From an uncultured cyanobacterium (GTDB lineage: Bacteria; Cyanobacteriota; Cyanobacteriia; Cyanobacteriales; Cyanobacteriaceae): a stretch of 64,000 bases of DNA. Each line of letters starts with the position of its first letter. The first letter of the stretch is position 1. The stretch covers positions 544,001 to 608,000 of the forward strand of contig CAVVOP010000021.1 in assembly GCA_963749915.1 (NCBI GenBank). The letters are read 5' to 3'. Below the pieces are notes generated by a model, which saw nothing but the letters and a program-made list of their open reading frames with translations, ran no database searches and was not told the DNA's origin. The translations under genes were made by a program, and so were the position numbers. Positions 41,546 to 52,364 of the stretch are shown here, one piece after another.

Positions 41546-43113
41546 TATTTATGTAAATATTAATTGCCAATAGTCACCATCATTATTAAATTCATCATGG
41601 GGATCTGTTTGACCTTTGAAACATTGACGTAAATCCCATGACCAGTTATGCCATTCCCAAAGATTGCGATAGGCTAAAACATCATCTTGTTAGGGTAATG
41701 TTCATCAATCTCTTTTTGTAAATCGCTACGATAATTAATAGTTTCGTCAGTTTCAAATTCTTCTGATAACCAACCTGCATTCAAAAAACGAGGATGATAT
41801 TGGTTGTAACGAAAGTCAGAATTATTATCAATCCAAGGAATACCCCATGCTTGGGCAACAGCATCGAGAATTTTCTGTTTATCGTTAATGATTTTTTTGT
41901 TAATTTTACGACAAACTTGTTGAAAATAAGCTAATTTTCCTTGTTTTTCCGTTTCTGTGCCTGTTTTTAAATACCCTGCTACTCCTGCCGTTAAATCTGG
42001 ATAGGATGCGGATAATTCTTCTTCTTCCAACCCTAACAACTCAGGTAAAATTTTATGTAAGCCTCGTTTAACAGTTTCCGTCGCGTTTAATTTCTCTCTG
42101 CCATTAAATAACCCTACATGATACGTCCAATATCTCTTACTTTGCCCTTCACTTAACCAATCATTATTTTTAGTTCCTTCAGGATGTACTACTGCACCTA
42201 TACCTGAAACCGTAGATCGATCGCCGAAAGCCGTTGGTATCTCCCAGTTACGGGCATTTTTTACTGAAGCTAAAGCAAGTCTAGTTTGATCAAAAATAGC
42301 TGCCCACCATGAGCCTACATTAGCACTAAAAGGATGTCGATTTTGTTCTTCTTTACGAATCTTTCCAGCTTTCTGTAAGAAAATCAATTCTTTTTCTAAT
42401 AACGATTATCTTGCAAATAACTTAAAACAGACGTGCTAATTTCTCTCCATGCGGAGATTAACTCATTTTTGGCGGTTTCCATAGCGGCGTTAACCTTTTC
42501 TTGGGGTAAAATTAACACTAAAACGTTAGGAAATCCAGCAGCAGTTAAGAGTTTTCGTTGATTCGGCGTTGTAATCCATTGCTTGAAATGAGGATATTTT
42601 TCTAGTAACCAATGATCAATTAACGGTTGTTGAAATAAACTAGGATATAGCAGACAATCCGCCCCATATATTTGCGCTAATTTCCAACTTACCTTAGCGC
42701 TAAGATAATGTAAAATCCACGAACCAGCCCAAAAATCTCGCATTTTGCGACTAGCTTTAATTAATTCTTTGGTTTTATCTAAATCGTCCCTATTTTCCCT
42801 TAAATCTTGGGGAATTTGGTTAAATAATTCGTTTTCTTTATTTTAAACCTTGATCATTATAATCAATGAATGCTGTAACACTACCTATTGCCCCTCGATC
42901 GCTAGCAGATGTGATACAATCAGCAAGTTTAATATGCTTCATGATTGTTTTACCAGATTTTTCAGGGTTAAGGCTATTTTCTACCCAGTTACTCATCACT
43001 TCTAAGTCTCGCCAAAAACTATTACTACCTCTACCACTATTATTATGTAACGCTTTTAATACTGGATCATGAAGTAATCCCCATATCTTAGACTGCCAAT
43101 ATGGTTGTGCCAC
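41546..43113 (-). pseudogene. cas10: Cas10/Cmr2 (type III-B), multiply deleted
   Basis: WQSKIWGLLHDP, ASDR, ELIKASRKMRDFWAGSW, AGFPN, E.LNATETVKRGL, then a jump to DDVLAY.NLWEW. The GGDD palm is lost; about 1.6 kb remains. Confidence 0.88.
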
Positions 43114-43203
43114 TGTATTTTAATTCCTTGTTTTGAGTAGTCTTTTTAGTATAATCCCAATTCAAAACTTATTACTTATTACTTATTACTTATTCCTTGT
43201 TTC

Positions 43204-44493
43204 TTAAATAACGGTATTATCAGGGATAACGGCGTTTTTAATAACAACCACAATACCACTGCGAATGAAGAAACCTTCAGCTTCTCGATTAGCCTCCTCG
43301 ATTCTGTCTTTATTGGTGATAATTACATTTTTACCAATTCGAGCATTTTTATCGATAATCGCCCGTCTTACCGTAGAATTTGCACCAACACCCACTGGCA
43401 CACTACCTTGATCTAATTTACTCTGTCTGATGCTATAAGACTCATAAAAGTCAGCACCCATTAATAAACTATCTTCCACAATGCAATTAGACTCAATTCT
43501 GGTTCTTACTCCTAAAACACAATGAGTAATACGACATTCTTTGATGATGCAACCTTCACCGATGATGGATTGAGTTACATTAGAATTTAATAATTTAGTT
43601 GGCGGTAAATAACGAGAACGGGTGTAAATAGGAGCTTTTTCGTCATAAAAGCTAAAATCTGGTTGCGGTTGTTTGGTTAAGGCTAAATTTGCGTCATAAA
43701 AAGCCTCGATTGTTCCAATGTCCTCCCAATAACCTTTAAATAAATATGCTTGTACACGATAATCTTTAGCGGCGGCGGGGATAATTTCTTTACCAAAATC
43801 CGTTTGACTGGGGTTGTTTTGTAAAAGTTTTTCCAAGACCCCTTTTTTGAAAACATAAATACCCATAGAGGCAATATAAGGGCTTTCTTTTGCTTTTTCA
43901 AGGCTTAAGCCTAAAATAGAAGTATCCACCGCCATTTTTTGCAACTCATCACCTTCGGGTTTTTCGCTGAAGTCGATAATTCTGCCTGTATCATCTATTT
44001 TCATTAAACCAAAAGCGGAGGCTCTTTTTTCGTCAATGGGTACAACCGATAAGGTAATATCGGCATTAGTTTGACGATGATGTTCAACAAATTTAGTATA
44101 ATCCATGCGATAGAGATGATCCCCAGAAAGGATGATATACTCATCAATATCCCATTCTTGAAATAACCATATATATTGACGTACTGCGTCTGCTGTACCC
44201 TGAAACCACTCTGGATTTTCTTTGGTTTGTTGTGCTGCTAACACTTCCACAAAACCATCGCTAAACCCCGAAAAATTATAGGCACGACTAACGTGACGAT
44301 TGAGGGAAGCCGAATTAAACTGAGTTAAAACATAAATTTTTAAAATCTCAGAATTAATACAGTTACTAATGGGAATATCAATTAAACGGTATTTTCCAGC
44401 TAGTGGTACAGCTGGTTTTGCCCGTAACTTAGTTAAAGGATATAATCTTGTACCGGCGCCACCGCCTAAAATAATTCCGAGTACTTTTTTCAT
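43204..44493 (-). CDS. glgC: Glucose-1-phosphate adenylyltransferase
   Basis: [30 protein letters not shown] and [10 protein letters not shown] motifs. Confidence 0.97.
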   Translation of the reverse strand: MKKVLGIILGGGAGTRLYPLTKLRAKPAVPLAGKYRLIDIPISNCINSEILKIYVLTQFNSASLNRHVSRAYNFSGFSDGFVEVLAAQQTKENPEWFQGTADAVRQYIWLFQEWDIDEYIILSGDHLYRMDYTKFVEHHRQTNADITLSVVPIDEKRASAFGLMKIDDTGRIIDFSEKPEGDELQKMAVDTSILGLSLEKAKESPYIASMGIYVFKKGVLEKLLQNNPSQTDFGKEIIPAAAKDYRVQAYLFKGYWEDIGTIEAFYDANLALTKQPQPDFSFYDEKAPIYTRSRYLPPTKLLNSNVTQSIIGEGCIIKECRITHCVLGVRTRIESNCIVEDSLLMGADFYESYSIRQSKLDQGSVPVGVGANSTVRRAIIDKNARIGKNVIITNKDRIEEANREAEGFFIRSGIVVVIKNAVIPDNTVI

Positions 44494-44661
44494 AAATTTG
44501 ATCTGTTAAATTACTTTTATTAGACAGTTTATTTGTTTATGGTCATTCCGACAATGATAATAACAATGAATAATGGATAATGTAAGTTTGTTAATCAATC
44601 AAAAAATAATTCATTGCGTAGTGATTAACTTTCAATTCCTAATTCCTAATTTTTAATTAAA

Positions 44662-45729
44662 ATGATGTGGACTAATTATCATGCTAGATTGCATCAAACC
44701 TTAAAACATCGTTGTTTATTGCCAAAAAATAGCAAAATATTAATTGCAGTATCGGGTGGACAAGATTCTCTCTGCTTAGCTCGATTATGCTTAGATTTAC
44801 AGCTAAAGTGGAACTGGGATATGGCGATCGCTCACTATGATCATGGTTGGGCATTAGATGAAGGATTAACCTGTCATATAGAGAAAATCACCGAAAATTG
44901 GGGTTTAAACTTTTATTTGGCGAAAGCTAAGCAAAAAATCCCTGAAACGGAAGCCGATGCCCGAAAATATCGTTATGAAGCCTTAATTAATATGGCTAAT
45001 AACCATCAATTTAATTATCTGGTGACAGGGCATACTTTAAGTGACAGAAGCGAGACTTTTATCTATAACTTAATCAGGGGTGCGGGAATGGAGGGGTTAA
45101 GCGCCTTAAATTGGACAAGAAAACTTACTCAGGCTGAAAATTTTAGCCCCCAAAACCCAAAACTGGGGGGAGTGAAACTGTCCTCACCCCGAAACTGGGG
45201 GGTGAAAGGGGACAAATGCACAAATACTGATACTAATCATCTTACCCTCGTTCGACCGTTACTAAACTTTACCCGTATTGACACCCTTGCTTTTTGCCAA
45301 CAATTGCACCTACCCATCTGGGAAGATAAGTATAACGATAATAAAAAATTCGCCCGTAACCGCATTCGCCTTGATTTAATCCCCTATATCAAACGATCAT
45401 TTAATCCACAGATAGAGCAACATTTAGCACAAACAGCAGAGATATTAAGGGCTGATGTCGAATATTTGACCCAAGAAGCCGAAAAAATCCTCAATTTAGC
45501 TATTACTGAAGATAAAAATAGTTTAAAGCGTTCTCCCCTGTCAGAAAAACCCCTGAGTATGCAGAGGAGAGTGGTAAAGATTTTTTTAGCACAGAAACTA
45601 GGAATAACACCCAATTTCGAGCAAATAGAGGCAGTAGTGAGCTTAATTACCGCCCCGAACCTATCTCGCACCTCTAGTTTATCTAAAGGGCGTTTTGCAC
45701 AAGTCAGAGGAGATATTATTGTCATCTAA
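44662..45729 (+). CDS. tilS: tRNA(Ile)-lysidine synthase, with an in-frame palindromic insertion
   Basis: AVSGGQDS, AR.YRY, TGHT.SD..ET, VRPLL and RNRIR motifs. Confidence 0.93.
   Translation: MMWTNYHARLHQTLKHRCLLPKNSKILIAVSGGQDSLCLARLCLDLQLKWNWDMAIAHYDHGWALDEGLTCHIEKITENWGLNFYLAKAKQKIPETEADARKYRYEALINMANNHQFNYLVTGHTLSDRSETFIYNLIRGAGMEGLSALNWTRKLTQAENFSPQNPKLGGVKLSSPRNWGVKGDKCTNTDTNHLTLVRPLLNFTRIDTLAFCQQLHLPIWEDKYNDNKKFARNRIRLDLIPYIKRSFNPQIEQHLAQTAEILRADVEYLTQEAEKILNLAITEDKNSLKRSPLSEKPLSMQRRVVKIFLAQKLGITPNFEQIEAVVSLITAPNLSRTSSLSKGRFAQVRGDIIVI
45145..45213. repeat. Short dispersed palindromic repeat inserted in frame in tilS
   Basis: Two C/G-run hairpins (cccaaaactggg, ccccgaaactgggg) inside gccccc...ggggac; encodes SPQNPKLGGVKLSSPRNWGVKGD. 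Confidence 0.7.
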
Positions 45730-45800
45730 GGCTTTGGTGATTCTATGGACTTTCTTAAAATATAATTTAGATCCCCGTTGACAATTATTAATTATTTTTA

Positions 45801-47012
45801 ATGTTTTTAGATACTTTTATTGCTGATAATTTACCTTTTGATTTCGGTTTATTACCCTGTAATTGTTATTTAGTGGGTGGTGCCGTGCGAGATGTATTAC
45901 TTAATCGATCAGGAAATTATTTAGATTTAGATTTTGTTTTACCCCATAGTGCTATTAAAACTGCGAGAAATATTGCCAATTTATACCGTGCTGGTTTTGT
46001 GGTGCTAGATAGCGATCGCTCTATTGCCAGGGTGGTTTTTCCCCATGCAACTATCGATTTTGCACGGCAGGAGGGGGATTCCATCGAAAAAGATTTATTT
46101 AGACGTGATTATACTATTAATGCCATCGCCTACCACTGTCAGGAAAGAAAAATAATTGATCCTTTGAAGGGTAAAGAGGATTTACAACAGGGAGTCATGA
46201 GAATGATATCTCGTAAAAATTTGCAGGAGGATCCTTTACGGTTATTGAGAGGCTATCGTCAGGCTTGTCAGCTCAATTTTATCATTGAATCCGAGACTCG
46301 CCAAACCATTAAGGAATTAACACCCCTTTTCACGAGAGTTGCTACCGAAAGAGTTAACAGTGAATTGGGTTATTTACTGGCTAGTGATAATGGTAGTTAT
46401 TGGCTAAAAGAGGCTTTTCAAGATGGTTTATTGTCTCTTTATTGGCAAAATAGCAACGAAGAAAAAATAAATTATTTAGAAAAAATTGATATTTCTGCCC
46501 AGTGGTTACGAGAAAAATTTAGTCATTTTAAAAATATTAATCCCGAAAATTATAGCAGTGCCAAATTAGCTTGTTTAACTGCGAATAATCCAGGAATAGC
46601 GGAAAAAGAATTACTCAATCTTAAATATTCTCGTCAAGAAATCAAAGCAGTGACAACTATTCTTAAATATACTCCTTGTTTATCAGAGAAGGATTTTGCC
46701 ACTAACTTATCGGCACAATATTTTTTCTTTTTATCTGTAGGTAAGGTATTCCCTAATTTAGCAATTTTCGCCCTTGCCCATGATGTTCGTCAAGATTTAA
46801 TTACCATGTTACTCGCCCGTTATTTAGATGAGCATGATTTTGTGGCACATCCCCAACCGTTATTAACGGGCAACGATTTAATGGACTCTTTGAAAATTCC
46901 CCCTAGCCCATTGATCAAACAATTATTAACGGATGTGCAAATTGCTTATATAGAAGGGAAATTTACTGATAAAAATGGGGCTTTACAATGGATAATCCAT
47001 GATAGACTATAA
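45801..47012 (+). CDS. cca: tRNA nucleotidyltransferase (CCA/CC/A-adding class II)
   Basis: LVGGAVRD, DLDF, DLFRRDYTINA and EDPLRLLRGYR motifs. Confidence 0.9.
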   Translation: MFLDTFIADNLPFDFGLLPCNCYLVGGAVRDVLLNRSGNYLDLDFVLPHSAIKTARNIANLYRAGFVVLDSDRSIARVVFPHATIDFARQEGDSIEKDLFRRDYTINAIAYHCQERKIIDPLKGKEDLQQGVMRMISRKNLQEDPLRLLRGYRQACQLNFIIESETRQTIKELTPLFTRVATERVNSELGYLLASDNGSYWLKEAFQDGLLSLYWQNSNEEKINYLEKIDISAQWLREKFSHFKNINPENYSSAKLACLTANNPGIAEKELLNLKYSRQEIKAVTTILKYTPCLSEKDFATNLSAQYFFFLSVGKVFPNLAIFALAHDVRQDLITMLLARYLDEHDFVAHPQPLLTGNDLMDSLKIPPSPLIKQLLTDVQIAYIEGKFTDKNGALQWIIHDRL

Positions 47013-47032
47013 ATTATTTTATTCCTGAAATT

Positions 47033-47200
47033 ATGACTACAGCTATTATTAATCAAATTAATGCCATCGCCGATAAAAGAGAATTGTTAGTAAAACTATT
47101 GGAAAAACCAGACTTAGGCAGTTTGCGCTTAGATGTCAACCAAGCCATTGAGGAGTTAGACGAGTTAATCGAAGACTTAAACAAAACCTTTAACAATTAG
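47033..47200 (+). CDS. 55-aa small helical protein missing from the ORF track
   Basis: Manual translation MTTAIINQINAIADKRELLVKLLEKPDLGSLRLDVNQAIEELDELIEDLNKTFNN; starts 20 bp after cca. Confidence 0.7.
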   Translation: MTTAIINQINAIADKRELLVKLLEKPDLGSLRLDVNQAIEELDELIEDLNKTFNN

Positions 47201-47322
47201 CAATGAATAATTAACAATTAACAAACAATTAAAGGTTTTTTATTCTACATTCTTAATTCTGCATTCTTCCACTGGTCTCCCTACTATTCTCCTCTCCCCA
47301 GTCTTCTCGTCTCTCCAGTAGT

Positions 47323-47958
47323 TTACTTATTAGGTTGGGGTGTCATGCGTAAATAAGGCTTAATTTCGGTGACGCCTTTAGGAAACTTCTGTTTAGCTTC
47401 TTCCGTAGAAATAGAAGGCACAACCACGCAATCGCCTCCATCTTGCCAGTTAACGGGAGTTGCCACTTGGTAATAGTCTGTTAATTGTAAAGAATCAATA
47501 ACTCTTAAAATTTCATCAAAGTTACGACCCGTACTAGCAGGATAAGTGATAGTTAAACGTAACTTTTTGTTAGGATCGATGATAAATACACTTCTAACGG
47601 TGAGATTATTCAAAGATTTGGGGTGGATCATACCGTATAAATCGGCAACTTTGCGATCGCCATCAGCTAGAATGGGATAATTGACAGTGGTATTTTGAGT
47701 TTCGTTAATATCATTAATCCAACCCTTGTGAGATTCTACATCATCAACACTAAGAGCGATGGTTTTAACATTCCGTTTTTGAAACTCAGACTGTAAACTA
47801 GCCACAGTGCCCAATTCAGTGGTGCAAACGGGGGTATAGTCAGCAGGATGGGAAAATAACACTACCCAACTATCTCCTGCCCAATCATAGAAAGAAATAT
47901 CGCCGACGCTTGAGGCTTGAGTAAAATCGGGAACTGTATCCCCTAATTGTAATGTCAT
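47323..47958 (-). CDS. 1-Cys peroxiredoxin (Prx6)
   Basis: FSHPADYTPVCTTE, YPASTGRNFDE and PYLR motifs. Confidence 0.95.
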   Translation of the reverse strand: MTLQLGDTVPDFTQASSVGDISFYDWAGDSWVVLFSHPADYTPVCTTELGTVASLQSEFQKRNVKTIALSVDDVESHKGWINDINETQNTTVNYPILADGDRKVADLYGMIHPKSLNNLTVRSVFIIDPNKKLRLTITYPASTGRNFDEILRVIDSLQLTDYYQVATPVNWQDGGDCVVVPSISTEEAKQKFPKGVTEIKPYLRMTPQPNK

Positions 47959-48090
47959 AGGTCTTAAGTTAAATTTAACTTCCATTGATTATTTTCGGTA
48001 TGATTCTCTCATATTTTTTGTGCTTATTGATTTTTTCTGGTGCATTTTTACAAATCTTTATAAATAATCGAACACTCCTAAAGGAGAAAA

Positions 48091-50028
48091 TTAACCAAGA
48101 TAAGTATAACTGCGCAAATTTTCCTCATAATTTTTGATTAGCAATTGGGATTTTTCAAAATCAATTTGTTTTCCCTGTAAAGCATTTTCTGTTAAACAAC
48201 GCACTTTTTCGGTTAAGTCTTCTGGGGAGTATTCCACATATTTTAGAACCTCAGTTACTGTGTCGCCTTTAACAACATATTGAATCTGATAATTATTCTC
48301 ATTACTTTGAATATGCACCACATTAATATCCCCAAAAAGATTATGTAAGTTACCCATAACCTCTTGGTAAGCACCCACTAAAAACATCCCTAAATAATAA
48401 GGCTTAAACTCAGTATTTTCTGGATTATTAATATTATTATCTTCTTGAGGTTTTAAGGAATGTAAATCTAAAGCATTTCTAACGTCTAACAAATCAATAA
48501 ATTTGTCAATTTTGCCGTCACTATCGCAAGTTAAATCCGCTAAAATCCCCTTTACTTCTGGTTTTTCATTTAATCGGTGAATAGGTAAAATAGGGAATAA
48601 TTGATCAATCGCCCAAGCATCAGGGGCAGATTGAAACACTGATAAATTAATATAATAAGTAGAAATCATTAAATCATTTAAGTCGTTTAAATCGTCACTA
48701 ACATAGGTTTGATTTTTGATAATTTCGTAAATTTTATGACAACATCCCCAATATAATTGTTCGGCTTTTGCCCTTTGCAATAAACTAAGATAACCAAAGT
48801 TAAATAGACTAATGGCTTCATCTTTAAATTGCACTGCATCATGGTACATTTCTTGATAATTTTCTTCGTCAATGGTTTCAAAAGTTTCCCATAAATTGCG
48901 AATAATTAAGTGCTCTTTTTCTTCCCTTTGTTGAGGTAATTCTAAAGGCGGATTATTACTACTAACTACGTTAAAAATTAAGACAGATTGATGGGAGGCG
49001 ATCGCTCTACCACTCTCACTAACTAAGATAGGAGAAGGGATATTATTTTGCTTACAGGCCTCCTTAACTGCCGCGACAATATCGTTAGCATAGTTTTGCA
49101 TATTATAGTTTTTCGAGGCATAAAAATTAGTTTTTGAACCATCATAATCAACGGCTAAACCACCGCCCACATCTAAATATTTCATCCCCGCACCCATTTT
49201 CGATAGTTGGATATAAATTTGACTAGCTTCTCTAATGGCATCTTTAATAACGGCGATAGACGAAATTTGCGAACCGATATGAAAATGTAACAACTGTAAA
49301 CAATCTAATTTGTCTTGTGATTTTAACTTATTAACCACAGTGATAATTTCGGGTATCGTTAAACCAAACTTAGCTTTTTCTCCAGTAGAATCGCCCCAAT
49401 GACCTGATCCTTTTGTTTGTAATTTTGCCCTGAGGCCTAATTGGGGATTTAATTGTAATTTTTCACTCAATTTAAGAATCAGAAATAGCTCACTTATTTG
49501 CTCAATTACTATTATTAAATTATGACCTAACTGTTGAGCTAAAAGAGCAGTTTCTAAATAATCTTTATCTTTATAACCATTACAAATTAATAGAGTTTTC
49601 CTTGTTTTATCCACATGTAAGGTTGCTAAAGCAATCATTAATTCAGGTTTTGAGCCAACTTCTAAGCCAAAATTATAGGGTTTTCCGTACTCCACTAATG
49701 CCTCTACCAACTGTCTATGTTGGTTACATTTAATGGGATATACTCCCCTATAAACATTATCATACTTATAACGGGCGATCGCCTCATTCATACATTCATG
49801 TAGTCGCTTTAAACGGTCATCTAATATATCTGAAAAACGAATTAGTAAAGGTAAATTAATATCCCTTTTTTTTAGACTTTTTACTAATTTAAATAAATCT
49901 ATTTTATAGTCATTGCCATGGGGAGAGACTGTAATATTACCCTGGTCATTAATAGAAAAATAAGGATCCCCCCATCCCTCGATTTGATAAAGTTTATTAC
50001 TATCGTTAATAGTCCAAAAATTAGTCAT
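48091..50028 (-). CDS. speA: Biosynthetic arginine decarboxylase
   Basis: YPIKCNQ, GSKPEL, HFHIGSQ, DVGGGL, DLTCDSDG and GAYQE..GNLHNLFG motifs. Confidence 0.96.
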   Translation of the reverse strand: MTNFWTINDSNKLYQIEGWGDPYFSINDQGNITVSPHGNDYKIDLFKLVKSLKKRDINLPLLIRFSDILDDRLKRLHECMNEAIARYKYDNVYRGVYPIKCNQHRQLVEALVEYGKPYNFGLEVGSKPELMIALATLHVDKTRKTLLICNGYKDKDYLETALLAQQLGHNLIIVIEQISELFLILKLSEKLQLNPQLGLRAKLQTKGSGHWGDSTGEKAKFGLTIPEIITVVNKLKSQDKLDCLQLLHFHIGSQISSIAVIKDAIREASQIYIQLSKMGAGMKYLDVGGGLAVDYDGSKTNFYASKNYNMQNYANDIVAAVKEACKQNNIPSPILVSESGRAIASHQSVLIFNVVSSNNPPLELPQQREEKEHLIIRNLWETFETIDEENYQEMYHDAVQFKDEAISLFNFGYLSLLQRAKAEQLYWGCCHKIYEIIKNQTYVSDDLNDLNDLMISTYYINLSVFQSAPDAWAIDQLFPILPIHRLNEKPEVKGILADLTCDSDGKIDKFIDLLDVRNALDLHSLKPQEDNNINNPENTEFKPYYLGMFLVGAYQEVMGNLHNLFGDINVVHIQSNENNYQIQYVVKGDTVTEVLKYVEYSPEDLTEKVRCLTENALQGKQIDFEKSQLLIKNYEENLRSYTYLG

Positions 50029-50125
50029 AGTTTAAGAAAAAGTTAACAAGTCTAAAATATAGGTGTAAATAGAGGAATTTGATCCTATTTTATTGTACTA
50101 ATAATTATTCTTTGAAAAACATTTT

Positions 50126-50683
50126 TTACGAGTATTTTATTCTTTCGCTTACCTCTGCGATCGCCTTTTCTAAGGTATTGTTAATAACTTGATAATCAAA
50201 CTCGTGACTAACGGCTAATTCTTCTTTAGCCTTGGTCAAACGCTTAGCAATCACCTCATCAGCATCGGTGTGTCTACCCCTTAAACGTTTTTCCAATTCT
50301 TCTAAGGAAGGGGGTAAAATAAAAATTCTTATAGCAGAAGGGAAACTTTCTTTAATTTGGTTCGCCCCTAAAACCTCAATTTCTAAAATAACAATCTTAC
50401 CCTGCTCAATTTGTTCTAACACAGGTTGCTTAGGAGTACCATAATAATTTCCCGCATATTCCGCCCACTCCAATAATTGAGAGTTGGTAATCATTTCCTC
50501 AAATTGAAGGCGAGATAGGAAATAATAGTCTTTACCATCAATTTCCCCCTCACGAGGAGGGCGAGTTGTAGCAGAAATAGACAGAAAAATGTGGGGGTTG
50601 TTTGTTTGTAAGGATTTAACAATCGTGCCTTTGCCGACACCACTAGGACCAGTAATTACCACTAGCTTACCTTGTTGACTCAT
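50126..50683 (-). CDS. gmk: Guanylate kinase
   Basis: GPSGVGKGT, SATTRPPREGE and NYYGT motifs. Confidence 0.97.
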   Translation of the reverse strand: MSQQGKLVVITGPSGVGKGTIVKSLQTNNPHIFLSISATTRPPREGEIDGKDYYFLSRLQFEEMITNSQLLEWAEYAGNYYGTPKQPVLEQIEQGKIVILEIEVLGANQIKESFPSAIRIFILPPSLEELEKRLRGRHTDADEVIAKRLTKAKEELAVSHEFDYQVINNTLEKAIAEVSERIKYS

Positions 50684-50827
50684 AAAATTATTAAATATCT
50701 TGTGAAAGTCAGGAAATAATTAACAATGAACAATGTCGAAAAAATTCTGGAAATAAAAAATAAATCAAGCAGACAAAAAAATAACTATCAATTATCCCTC
50801 AACCGAGCAGTATTGACTATGGACTGA

Positions 50828-51079
50828 CTATTTTTCTACATTAGTAACAAAGCGATTGGCCACGGTTTCTGGTTGAATCGCCGACAAAACAACATGACTG
50901 GAATCGGTTATAATTACGGCTCTGGTTCTTCTGCCATAGGTAGCATCAATTAGCAGTCCTTTTTCTCTAGCATCACTGATAATACGCTTAATGGGAGCTG
51001 ATTCTGGACTTACAATCGCAATAACCCGGTTAGCCGTGACGATATTACCAAAACCGATGTTAATTAATTTAATATCCAT
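50828..51079 (-). CDS. remA: RemA/DUF370 family regulator
   Basis: [16 protein letters not shown] and [12 protein letters not shown] motifs; upstream of gmk. Confidence 0.92.
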   Translation of the reverse strand: MDIKLINIGFGNIVTANRVIAIVSPESAPIKRIISDAREKGLLIDATYGRRTRAVIITDSSHVVLSAIQPETVANRFVTNVEK

Positions 51080-51217
51080 AAATTCCGACGACAGTTAAGA
51101 TTTTTTTACCTGTCAACCATCATATCGCTAAATTTCGAGATTTACAATCATTTTTCGCTTAAATTGTCCAAAAAAGTCAATCATTATTTTTTGCCCTTCC
51201 CCTTCTGAATCTTATAT

Positions 51218-51471
51218 CCCACATTCCGCACGTCAATTTGCACTATGCCATGTAATACCTTAACGCCTTGTTTACAAAATATTCCCCAAGTAATAAAACA
51301 ACGAAATTGAGATTAAACAAATATAAATACTGTAAAAATCTGTATATGGCGATGCCAAAGGCACAGCGAAGCTGCCCGCAAAAAACAATAAATATATGTA
51401 TTACCTATAGTAAAGTTGCGTAAAAGTCATTAAAATATGATTGTTTTCTAAAAGAACATGCGGAATGTGGG
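51218..51471. mobile_element. 254-bp MITE with IS1634 ends
   Basis: cccacattccgca ... tgcggaatgtggg; no ORF. Confidence 0.85.
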
Positions 51472-51559
51472 TGAGATTGTCGGGAGCTGGATACACGGAA
51501 ACGGGTACGTCCAGTTCTAAGTGGGAGGAGCGGAAGATAACACTTCCCTTCGACCCTAC
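51472..51559 (+). ncRNA. Group II intron 3' remnant (domain V and VI)
   Basis: 34-nt DV gagctggatacacggaaacgggtacgtccagttc (AGC triad, GAAA loop, AC bulge) at 51484-51517; DVI hairpin ending cgaccctac. Confidence 0.85.
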
Positions 51560-51715
51560 TGTTCCCCTTAATCAAAAGCTAATTTTTGATTGTAGTTGAC
51601 ATTATTACTCGAAGAACTATTCATCAACTTTTTTTCGAGTACAGCCCCTCTTCCTTCCGACAATCAACGTTATAGCGTATCATGAGTTGTAACCATTCAC
51701 TACCTTACTTCAACC

Positions 51716-51946
51716 TTATTCAACGATCTTTTCTAATCGATCTGCAATCCAAACCTTGATTAATGATTGTCGGGTGACTCCCAATCGTCGTGCTTCGTGA
51801 TCTAATGCTTCAATCATCCACACAGGGAAATCAACGTTGACCCTTTTCTGAGTCAACCCAGCACGTCGCGCTTTGCTAAGGTCGAGGTGTTTAACAATAT
51901 CCTCCTCTCCTCGGTCGAACTTGTCATCAAATGTCTTGGCTTTCAT
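51716..51946 (-). CDS. brnA: BrnA/CopG-type RHH antitoxin
   Basis: FDDKFD.GE, KRVNVDFP.WMIEALD.EA.RLGVTRQSLIK.WI motifs. Confidence 0.88.
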   Translation of the reverse strand: MKAKTFDDKFDRGEEDIVKHLDLSKARRAGLTQKRVNVDFPVWMIEALDHEARRLGVTRQSLIKVWIADRLEKIVE

Positions 51947-52196
51947 AGAGCGCTATCTCCTGTTTTCGTGAACGTCTGACCGAAATGATTCTTATTCGTT
52001 GCTCCCGATAAGTAATCACCGCTGACCAGCACTTCCCTGCAATTCGCCCGATTACAAAAAAGCGAGGCTCATCCTCTGTACGAGCGGGTATCTCTAGCAG
52101 TTCTGGATCATCCCAAAGCTCCTGAGCCTCCACAAAGTCAATCCCGTGCTTTGACCTATTGCTCTCACTCTTGTTATCGTCAAACTCAAAATCCAT
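51927..52196 (-). CDS. brnT: BrnT family toxin
   Basis: FEFD..KS..N..KHGIDF, E.RF..IG and RIRIISVRR motifs; overlaps the antitoxin. Confidence 0.92.
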   Translation of the reverse strand: MDFEFDDNKSESNRSKHGIDFVEAQELWDDPELLEIPARTEDEPRFFVIGRIAGKCWSAVITYREQRIRIISVRRSRKQEIALYESQDI

Positions 52197-52364
52197 ATTT
52201 ATACCAAAAGTATACCCTTTTTATACCAGATAAGGAAGCAGTGATGTTTTCCAATCGTTTCAGAGTCTTACGGAGCTCTTCACATCACTACTGGAAGAGA
52301 GCAAATGCGGCGTTGGAGTTCTAATATCCCCTACTCAAAGAACTCCTCATCGATCTTCTTTAAG

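Noticed and set aside
52225..52330. Possible integron attC site upstream of brnT
   Set aside because: Only a ~10-bp inverted repeat; no proper RYYYAAC/GTTRRRY pair and no integrase in the window.
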